Positions 1 to 6,859 of a stretch of DNA of 11,256 bases are shown here, one piece after another. The first letter of the stretch is position 1, and every line of letters begins with the position of its first letter. Origin of the DNA: an uncultured Nitrososphaerales archaeon. GTDB lineage: Archaea > Thermoproteota > Nitrososphaeria > Nitrososphaerales > Nitrososphaeraceae. The stretch spans positions 1 through 11,256 of the forward strand of contig CAVPXM010000080.1 of NCBI GenBank assembly GCA_963709405.1, read 5' to 3'. Under the pieces are notes generated by a model. The model was given only the letters and a program-made list of their open reading frames with translations, had not been told where the DNA came from and searched no databases. A program made the position numbers and the translations under genes.

Positions 1-10
1 TATTAGGTTT

Positions 11-271
11 TTATTTCATCATACTTCTCATCGTTTTTTCATTTGCTGGGCTACAAAATACAAAATCCTTCAAATGTTGCAACTCGCCTTGACTTACATT
101 CTGCATTCCAGATTTCATCATTCCCTATTTCATCATGTTCATCATCATTCCCTGTGTTGAATTAGTTTCATTACTTCCAGCAGCAGTAGCATTCCTAAAC
201 ATACCGGATAATAATTTCAGATTTCCACATAGTACGGATGTAGAATCCAATATAGTGAAAATACTACTCAT
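11..271 (-). pseudogene. Met-rich small protein remnant with an in-frame TAG
   Basis: Hand translation: MSSIFTILDSTSVLCGNLKLLSGMFRNATAAGSNETNSTQGMMMNMMK*GMMKSGMQNVSQGELQHLKDFVFCSPANEKTMRSMMK*. The TAG is at 127-125 and the same Met-rich composition continues in frame to TAA at 13-11. The start is uncertain (alternative ATG at 202). Confidence 0.5.
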
Positions 272-339
272 AGTATAACGGATATCTACATAGTTCACTT
301 ATATAGTTTCAAAGGTAATACTAATCAGTAGTATATACA

Positions 340-714
340 TTGACTATACGTACATATACAAATTACCTCGACGACTGCCTAATCGAGAACAAGCGACGCA
401 ATCACGTAGCCGACCAACACAAACTAAAACGTATTACCAAAGCGGCCGCAACGTTCGACCCACTTACAACGCAGGAACCCGACGCTAACGACGTAACCCT
501 TGATCTTCTTGCTGAAGAGTCCGAATGTGGTGTGTTAGTCAACAAGTCTAGAGCCAAGTCTTCCGATACCGATACCGATACCGATACGGTTGCCATTCTG
601 GATAGACAGACGTCAGATACAAGCATAGACAAGGAGTTAGTCTTAATTCAGAAAATGGGCTTACGGTTATACTGCAAAAACTGCGGTAATCTATGGGCTA
701 TAGGGGCAAACTAG
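340..714 (+). CDS. Hypothetical acidic protein; its C-terminus (from ATG 655) is probably the start of a separate frameshifted zinc-ribbon gene
   Basis: 124-aa ORF with a TTG start, a D/T-rich tract and a terminal CKNCG. No family recognised. Confidence 0.35.
   Translation: MTIRTYTNYLDDCLIENKRRNHVADQHKLKRITKAAATFDPLTTQEPDANDVTLDLLAEESECGVLVNKSRAKSSDTDTDTDTVAILDRQTSDTSIDKELVLIQKMGLRLYCKNCGNLWAIGAN
563..586 (+). repeat. Hexamer microsatellite (CCGATA)x4
   Basis: ccgataccgataccgataccgata is read directly and encodes the DTDTDTDT tract of ORF 340-714. Confidence 0.9.
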
Positions 715-830
715 ACGGTAGTCGATACTATGTCACATCTACCCGTTGCCATAGTTCGATCCGTATCAAGTCACCAAATTCTACGACTACCAGTAAGACC
801 AAGCGAAGGAAGGGAGCCAAGCGACAAATG
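655..830 (+). pseudogene. Frameshifted C4 zinc-ribbon micro-protein
   Basis: MGLRLYCKNCGNLW in one frame joins YRGKLDGSRYYVTSTRCHSSIRIK in the frame of ORF 693-1037 if one base is restored near 696. This gives CxxC-x3-W-x-Y-x-G...YVT(S)TRC, where TCT could derive from TGT (Cys). The 3' end is approximate. Confidence 0.5.
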
Positions 831-1037
831 AGTAATCCAGAACAAGAACTAGGCGCTGGAAGTCTACCAAGTGAACGCGTTAGGTACTGCAGGATCTGCA
901 AACAGAATGGATTTCCTCATGAGGCCATTAGAAGACCGACCACTTACGACGGTAGAGATACCTACATCGTTGACTATTTCACAGGGAAGCGGCATATATG
1001 CAAGTCCAATAAAGATCGCTGGCCGGTGATCCCGTAA
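828..1037 (+). CDS. Small putative zinc-binding protein (CxxC...HxC)
   Basis: From the internal ATG at 828: MSNPEQ...YCRICKQNGFPHEAI...DYFTGKRHICK. The stop abuts the next ATG (TAAATG). Confidence 0.6.
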   Translation: MSNPEQELGAGSLPSERVRYCRICKQNGFPHEAIRRPTTYDGRDTYIVDYFTGKRHICKSNKDRWPVIP

Positions 1038-1214
1038 ATGAGTAAATCAGTAGAGATCGAACAGTACAAGTCTACCCGCTGCTTCCGTTGCTATATGCCG
1101 ATCTTTCTATGCCCATACGAGTTTGGTGAGTGGGTCAAGATGATACCTTTTGATTTCTATAGTACCAAGCGACACGAACGTATGAAACAAGGATATAATG
1201 ATACTACTATATGA
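1038..1214 (+). CDS. 58-aa putative zinc-binding protein, not in the ORF track
   Basis: MSKSVEIEQYKSTRCFRCYMPIFLCPYEFGEWVKMIPFDFYSTKRHERMKQGYNDTTI*. The ATG directly follows the previous TAA. It has CxxC plus DFYSTKRH, resembling DYFTGKRH of the upstream ORF. Confidence 0.6.
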   Translation: MSKSVEIEQYKSTRCFRCYMPIFLCPYEFGEWVKMIPFDFYSTKRHERMKQGYNDTTI

Positions 1215-1249
1215 TACTAGAAGTCGCCTTCTATAATCAATTTGGTTAG

Positions 1250-1360
1250 CTGACCCCTTATCATGCATGACCACATAGGCCTAGTCTGTTGAACGGGGCA
1301 TATTCTCGAAGCTGCTGTCAAAGTGAGCCATGAGCTCTGATAGATGTATGCAGCTTAGTC
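1250..1360 (+). ncRNA. Candidate IS110 bridge/seek RNA
   Basis: AAGCTGC (1309-1315) pairs with GCAGCTT (1350-1356) and encloses an inner GAGC/GCTC hairpin (1325-1337). An upstream weaker stem is CCCC (1254-1257)/GGGG (1295-1298). The region lies directly upstream of the IS110 ORF. Confidence 0.45.
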
Positions 1361-1416
1361 CAGCTATCCATACTGAAAAAAAGAAGAGGAGGAGGTGAGA
1401 AAAGAGGATACCAATT

Positions 1417-1665
1417 ATGAAAAAGAAAGGATTGCTGAAGTGTATTGGAGTAGATATTGGAAAACGGAATTGTGTAGTTTGTATAATGGATTCGAATGGT
1501 TCCATAATCAAAGAAACCAATTACAATAATGATAGGTTGGAACAAGCTGAATCCTTTGCTTCACGCATTAAGACGAGGTATGACGCTGGTGAATCCACAG
1601 CGGTCTGTGAATCTACAGGCAATCTTTGGCTAAAGACATCTCAGGCATTTGAGAAACATAACCTT
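1417..1665 (+). pseudogene. Truncated IS110-family transposase (RuvC-like DEDD N-terminus only)
   Basis: CIGVDIGKRNCVVCIMDSNG and AVCESTGNLW carry the first D and the E of the DEDD tetrad. Similarity ends at FEKHNL, about residue 83. The rest of ORF 1417-1974 is antisense to another remnant. The later aspartates and the C-terminal serine domain are missing. Confidence 0.88.
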
Positions 1666-1982
1666 TATGCCCTATCGACTATGTTGTCCTTTAGACGCTC
1701 TCTTTCTTTTATACCGGCAATGAGAGACATTATGGGCCTCCAGGTCCACATTATCTCTTCAGTATACTTTCACGAGCGATTTGAGTATGGTATCAGATAT
1801 TTTCTTCCCGCTACTTTTACCGCTTTTACTTCTAATCTTGTCAGCGAAATCTATACTCATTTGCTACATAGAAGGGATTCCAAATTCAACGGAGGCTCCA
1901 GCTCCAAAAGAAGCCCACTCTCAGTGTCTATTGGACCTAGTTTAGAGGACTCTTCTCGTAAAACCCCTTTGTGATTGTCCAA
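1665..1982 (-). pseudogene. SIR2-like (sirtuin/NADase fold) N-terminal remnant
   Basis: The minus strand reads ...PIDTESGLLL/GAGASVEFGIPSM*QMSIDFADKIRSKSGKSSGKKISDTILKSLVKVY*RDNVDLEA/IMSLIAGIKERERLKDNIVDRA*, with two frameshifts and two stops. GAGASxxxGIP (from 1905 downward) is the SIR2 NAD-binding loop. Confidence 0.7.
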
Positions 1983-2190
1983 CTCTGGTATTAATATTAA
2001 TTCGATAGAATTGTTGGCAAATTTGTAGATAGGAAGGGGAATAAGTTACGTGATGTTAAAGGATATTCGATGTAGAAAGACTTATGGACTAGTATATATT
2101 AACTGTTAACGAATCATTTCGGAAAACTTTATCGTTACTGGTACCAACCTTGCTCTAAACCGTATTCTGGAAGTGGTGCATGAGGAACTA

Positions 2191-2198
2191 TTTATATT
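2191..2198 (+). promoter_or_regulatory. Putative archaeal TATA box for the NHL gene
   Basis: TTTATATT lies about 25 nt upstream of ATG 2222, consistent with a near-leaderless transcript. Confidence 0.4.
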
Positions 2199-2221
2199 CA
2201 TATGATTATAAATTATCTTCT

Positions 2222-3223
2222 ATGGCTAAATCAACAGAAAAATTTAACAACAACACTAGGTGGATTTTATTATCAGGAGTAATAGCAATAGCGCAAATCG
2301 TGATTTTAATTACAGCTACTATATCGCCATATGCTTATGCGCTGACTATTCTTAATACGTGGGGCTCCAATGGATCAGGTAATGGTCAATTTCATGGTCC
2401 ATCAGGTATAGATTTAGACTTTAAAGGTAATGTGTATGTAGTTGATAGCGGCAATAACCGTATACAAAAGCTTAATGCTACAGATGGTAAGTTCATTACA
2501 AAATGGGGTTCTTCTGGCTCTGGCCCAGGACAGTTCAATAGTCCAATAGAGGCTGCCATAGATGAGGCTCGAGGTCACATATATGTGACAGATGGAGCTA
2601 ATGCACGAGTCCAGGAGTTTAATGCTACAGATGGTAAGTTCATTACAGAATGGGGTTCTTCTGGCTCTGGCCCAGGACAGTTTAGCACTCCTACCGGTAT
2701 TGCAGTAGATCTTAAGACAGGTAACGTGTACGTATCTGATACTGGAAATAACCGTATTGATAAGTTTACCCCAGATGGCAAATTCATTATGTCTTTTGGT
2801 TCTTTTGGTTTAGGAGAAGGGCAATTCGTTAACCCAAGTCGTCTTGATGTTGATGGATTCGGTAATGTATATGTAGCTGACTTTGGCAATAACCACATTG
2901 ATAAGTTTACCCCAGATGGCAAATTCATTATGTCTTGGGGCTCTCTTGGTAGAGGTAATGGTCAGCTGTATTTTCCAACTGATGTATTTCTAGATCATAT
3001 GGTAGGTCACGTGTGGGTAGTTGATAGCGGCAATGATCGCATACAGGAATTTACTCAAGATGGCAAATTCATCAATAACTGGGGGCCTCTTGGCATAGCT
3101 ACTAGTGGTCACCTTCATAATTCAGTTGATTTTGACTTAGGGTTAACTGGTAAAGGATACCTTGTCGATCGCGATAATAACCGAGTCCAAGTATTATCTA
3201 TGTCTCCTACAACGCAACATTAG
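2222..3223 (+). CDS. Secreted or membrane-anchored NHL-repeat six-bladed beta-propeller protein
   Basis: A hydrophobic N-terminus ending in AYA is followed by six repeats of WG-S-x-G-x-G-x-GQF-x-x-P-x-G...G-x-VYV-x-D-x-x-N-x-RI. The ORF track starts at 2180, but ATG 2222 is preferred from the TATA spacing. Confidence 0.93.
   Translation: MAKSTEKFNNNTRWILLSGVIAIAQIVILITATISPYAYALTILNTWGSNGSGNGQFHGPSGIDLDFKGNVYVVDSGNNRIQKLNATDGKFITKWGSSGSGPGQFNSPIEAAIDEARGHIYVTDGANARVQEFNATDGKFITEWGSSGSGPGQFSTPTGIAVDLKTGNVYVSDTGNNRIDKFTPDGKFIMSFGSFGLGEGQFVNPSRLDVDGFGNVYVADFGNNHIDKFTPDGKFIMSWGSLGRGNGQLYFPTDVFLDHMVGHVWVVDSGNDRIQEFTQDGKFINNWGPLGIATSGHLHNSVDFDLGLTGKGYLVDRDNNRVQVLSMSPTTQH
2472..2682 (+). repeat. 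64-bp direct repeat within the NHL gene (2472-2535 and 2619-2682)
   Basis: ttaatgctacagatggtaagttcattaca[a/g]aatggggttcttctggctctggcccaggacagtt, with one mismatch and an offset of 147 nt. Confidence 0.92.
2756..2936 (+). repeat. 40-bp exact direct repeat within the NHL gene (2756-2795 and 2897-2936)
   Basis: attgataagtttaccccagatggcaaattcattatgtctt occurs twice, with an offset of 141 nt. Confidence 0.92.
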
Positions 3224-3593
3224 TAATGGCGCCACCATAGCTTCAAAGACCGAATATAGAGAAGAAGGGATAACTGGTTTGTGATATCAAGAAATAATGG
3301 TCAGTAATTTAAAACATGAGATAGGCTCTGGTAGGAGCTACTTATGGTGATATCGTCAATTTAGGTGATAATATTGGCAATTTCTGTAGTAAAGTAGGGA
3401 GCCAAGCCAACTTTAATTCTGTGTTCCAGTAAGTATCGACTAACTTGTTTCTTTTAAAAATTATTGCTAATGCTTCGTAAATAATTAAATGCAAGATAAG
3501 TCGTAATACCAAATTACTATTAATATTACTAATAAATTGAGTTCAATAACTTTGTATTCACTAGCATTCTATATGAAAATGAGGATGAGGGTG

Positions 3594-3869
3594 TCACCGC
3601 TGACCTCCACAAAATAATTTACAACTTTCTGCCGCTGCGTCAGAATAGCCTCTACTAGCCCAACAAGACTGCCAGCATTTAGTATATTCTGCGTAGTCTA
3701 GAACATAGCTCTGAGAAACTCGAGGTTTATAATCTATATGACGTAGGTTTTTAGATATATAATACTGTGTTATCTTCGAACTATGACAAACGGTAATTAG
3801 AATTAGTATTATGCACGATTGCATGTAACGTTTGTTGGAGGTAAGGTTTGCTCCTGGCATTGACATCAT
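3594..3869 (-). CDS. Hypothetical small protein with a C-terminal twin CX3C motif
   Basis: It ends in CWQSC-WASRGYSDAAAES-CKLFC-GGQR and has a short hydrophobic stretch (CIILILITVC) near the N-terminus. The start is uncertain. Confidence 0.4.
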   Translation of the reverse strand: MMSMPGANLTSNKRYMQSCIILILITVCHSSKITQYYISKNLRHIDYKPRVSQSYVLDYAEYTKCWQSCWASRGYSDAAAESCKLFCGGQR

Positions 3870-4787
3870 ATCTCAGCAAATTTGGGACTTAAATCGGAAA
3901 GTTGTTAGCACATTAAAAAGAAGTCTAGCCTGTCGTGCTATTCCCTTGATTCATCGGAAAATTTAGTCATATTACGATAAGCTAGACTAATGGGGGCTTA
4001 TTGAACTTATTCATGGAGGTGGATATGTTTACAAATGGTTAAGCACGCAATAATCCTGGCTATAAAATAGGCAATTTAAATCAAAGTAGTTGAACCCCTT
4101 AACCACAAGGGATATAATCCCGCCCAGTCCATCAATTACTGACTGAAAGTTTACAAAACGAATTCAAAGAACCAATAATTACGACAGATATTTCCAGAGT
4201 GCAACGGCGGACAAATATACAAACTTGCTTCAACGTTGAAGAATTCGTTAGAACATCGTTTGAAACGTGAAGGTTCATAAGCTGAATTGAATTGGTAAAC
4301 GGAGTTTCTTTAAAAAGTTATGAAATTCTGTAGCCAGCAAACGAAGCTGAAAGTAGGATCTTCTAATATTCCAGAAAACGTTTGAAGAGGTTTTCACTCT
4401 TTGGTACATTGTTCCATCTCCTTTCTCAGAAATATCTTGATGCAGATGCCCTCGTAAGAACTACTACCAAGATGAACTATATCGCTTAGCTTCGCACAGA
4501 CTTGTGTCGATGATTTTAGGTATGAAATTGGGGAACTATGTAGAGCATGGAATTGTTTTTCCAAACATAAAGCCTTACTGAAGAATAAGGATATTGAACA
4601 TCACAGTATCAATATCTCGAGGAACTGAACTATCGATACAAGGTTCATGTCGATTACGATAACCGGTATCATCCATTATCATTGCATGCTTCTGTTGCTT
4701 AATGTTATCGATTTCTCTTGTTCAGTCCGTGTACAGCTTCAGGTGTTTCTATGAAATGATAAGATTGACACTTTTGACATATTCTGA

Positions 4788-5630
4788 TTATTTAAATACT
4801 TTTGTCAAGTCTAAAGAAGAATAACATCTACGTTCTCTCATCAAATTTATAATATCAGGATATTTGCCCAAGTGTTGACGAAAGTCTTTCATTAAATCAG
4901 CTAATTCTTTCGGATCTGTAGGTAGATCCAGTTTTTTGTTAACTATGGCTAGCTGCTCTGTAGGAACTTCCTGTTCATATTTCAACTTGTGTATTTCCCA
5001 CCCTTTAGTGGTTATCTCCTCTTCTAAGGTATCCCTTTGCCTTGTTATCTTTTCCAGTTCCCTTTGTGTCACTACAAGCTTTTCTGCTACAGGCCTATTT
5101 TTCTCATAGTCCAAGAGAATATCCGTAGTTAGTTTCTTTTCTTCCAGCAAATCTTCTTTATCTATTCGCAAATCGACTACCTTTTGTACTATTTCGTTCA
5201 ATATTTCCTTTTGTTGGGAAACATATTCAGGTAAGCTATCGATAGTTACATCCAGATTATCAGAAATATCAGATATACTACTTATAAGATTAATAAATTC
5301 GTCAACTTTCAGACTACGCTTGAAGCAATGAACCTCAATTTTTTCAATAAACGATTCTATTTGTTCTTCATTTAAGCCGTTGTCTTCCAGTATCTTTCTA
5401 ATCCTGATTGAAGAGGCTAGAAAATTTAGATCCATACTCTCGCTTTTAATAATGAAAGCAACTTCTCGTAATAATTCAAAATCAGGATCGTTCTGTTTGC
5501 ATTCTTTAATTATCAAACTCACTGTCCCTGCCCCTATGTCTACTTCCCTAGCAATTTGATCTCTGGGATGGCCTTTAAGCCAACGCCTGATGACTTCCTT
5601 TTTTATCGAAAGAGGTGTTTTGCTACCCAA
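4788..5630 (-). CDS. N-terminal helix-turn-helix protein with a C-terminal coiled coil
   Basis: KKEVIRRWLKGHPRDQIAREVDIGAGTVSLII fits an HTH, followed by an E/K/L-rich heptad region. The start is TTG, with TTATAAA about 32 nt upstream. From memory it resembles hypothetical proteins in Nitrososphaeraceae accessory regions (not searched). Confidence 0.82.
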   Translation of the reverse strand: MGSKTPLSIKKEVIRRWLKGHPRDQIAREVDIGAGTVSLIIKECKQNDPDFELLREVAFIIKSESMDLNFLASSIRIRKILEDNGLNEEQIESFIEKIEVHCFKRSLKVDEFINLISSISDISDNLDVTIDSLPEYVSQQKEILNEIVQKVVDLRIDKEDLLEEKKLTTDILLDYEKNRPVAEKLVVTQRELEKITRQRDTLEEEITTKGWEIHKLKYEQEVPTEQLAIVNKKLDLPTDPKELADLMKDFRQHLGKYPDIINLMRERRCYSSLDLTKVFK

Positions 5631-5734
5631 CTTCTATCCCAAGTAATTTACCTAATTCCAGTTTATAATAGATTGAAAAATTTCTTTTGTTAATGAAAGG
5701 AATTAGAGACTACCCATTGCACGAGTATACGGTC

Positions 5735-5811
5735 ATCTGACGATGATTTGACGAAGATTCGACGCCTATCTGACGGCAATTCGACGATGTTTTGACGGCA
5801 AACTGACGACA
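5735..5811 (+). repeat. Seven tandem imperfect 11-bp repeats with an invariant GACG core
   Basis: atctGACGatg, atttGACGaag, attcGACGcct, atctGACGgca, attcGACGatg, ttttGACGgca, aactGACGaca. A degenerate in-phase unit (agtaTACGgtc) lies at 5724-5734. Confidence 0.92.
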
Positions 5812-6233
5812 CTACAATCAGAATCTAATTATAAAGTTGTTAGGGATTGTAAACGATTATTATAAATGTTTAGTTTTATATATAGCGTTTTATTTTTGAT
5901 GGCTACTGAAGTAGATAGAATAAGTAAAGTATGCGTATGCGTCTGGAGATTAGAGGTTTTTGTTCATCAAACTATAGTGAATGTTATTTCAAGTAAATCT
6001 ATACACAACATATGATAGTTATTCTATTAGCCCCTTATCGATAATGATAATATCATAAAGTGTCACAAAAAATTCTGCATATCTATTTTACCGAAGTCCA
6101 TTGAATCCTCGGTTCAAATCCCAAAAATCAAGAAGAGTAAGAAATCTGTTGTGAACGAGCATCGTACAACAGTTTAACGGTAACTGATATAGATAGTTGG
6201 ACCACATCTAATAACAACAAGACAATCTTCGAA

Positions 6234-6431
6234 ATGAGAGACTTATACTCTAGACAAAAAAAGCTGGTATACTGGACTAACAGAATAGACATTGACCTTC
6301 CGGAACCTGACAGGACTGATGTCTTAAAACTTGTACAGCATATGCAAGACAAGGAAAGGAGCATATTGTGGATCATGCGATGTATAACAGCTCTCATTCA
6401 AATGCGAAGACATTTAGAAAAAAACTTTTAA
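6234..6431 (+). pseudogene. Probable N-terminal fragment of an archaeal tyrosine recombinase/integrase
   Basis: RDLYSRQKKL...DRTDVLKLVQHMQDKERSILWIMRCITALIQMRRHLEKNF resembles the helical core-binding N-terminus of archaeal integrases. No catalytic R-K-H-R-H-Y domain follows, so the assignment rests on pattern recall only. Confidence 0.55.
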
Positions 6432-6859
6432 GGTTTAAATTGTGATCACCATCGAGTTAATCATAACGTATGTAGTCTTGGAACTTGCTTAGTTTATGAA
6501 TCTGAAAATAAAATCTGTGAAATATTTTCATGGGAAACTGATAGCACGAAATGAAATATTCTTAAGGCGGTCATGAATTCCAACTTATTAGTCAAACACT
6601 GCCACTGAAACTCTATATTGAACAAATCTAGATTGCTGTGAGCCCCAACCACGATGGGAAAGTATGTCCACATATTTGACAGAGCAATCTTCCATATACA
6701 GACATGTCATTCCTATAAGATCATCAAAATACCCTCCAAGCTTCAATTCCTCTATTATTTCTTCTTTACTTTTAACTAATATTGGAGGAAGTGCAGCGGG
6801 TAGTTTTAAGAAGAAAGCTGTGACTACTATCATTATAAACTGATAGATGATAGATAATT

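Larger units (their letters stand above)
1220..1665 (+). mobile_element. Partial IS110-family element: non-coding left end plus 5' part of the recombinase gene
   Basis: About 200 nt of non-coding sequence with stems precedes a DEDD N-terminus. No terminal inverted repeats are visible, as expected for IS110. Boundaries are approximate. Confidence 0.75.

Noticed and set aside
1666-1974. Novel C-terminal domain fused to the IS110 DEDD domain
   Set aside because: It is better explained as antisense read-through of the SIR2-like remnant.
2472-2936. DGR template/variable repeat pair
   Set aside because: Both copies are in-frame parts of NHL blades with at most one mismatch, and there is no reverse transcriptase in the window.
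5735-5811. CRISPR array
   Set aside because: The units are 11 bp with only a 4-bp constant core. There are no spacer-length unique sequences and no cas genes.
6588-6833. 81-aa minus-strand ORF
   Set aside because: No recognisable motif, and its start overlaps a likely TATA element (TTATAAA 6833-6839) of acs. It cannot be supported, though it is not excluded.
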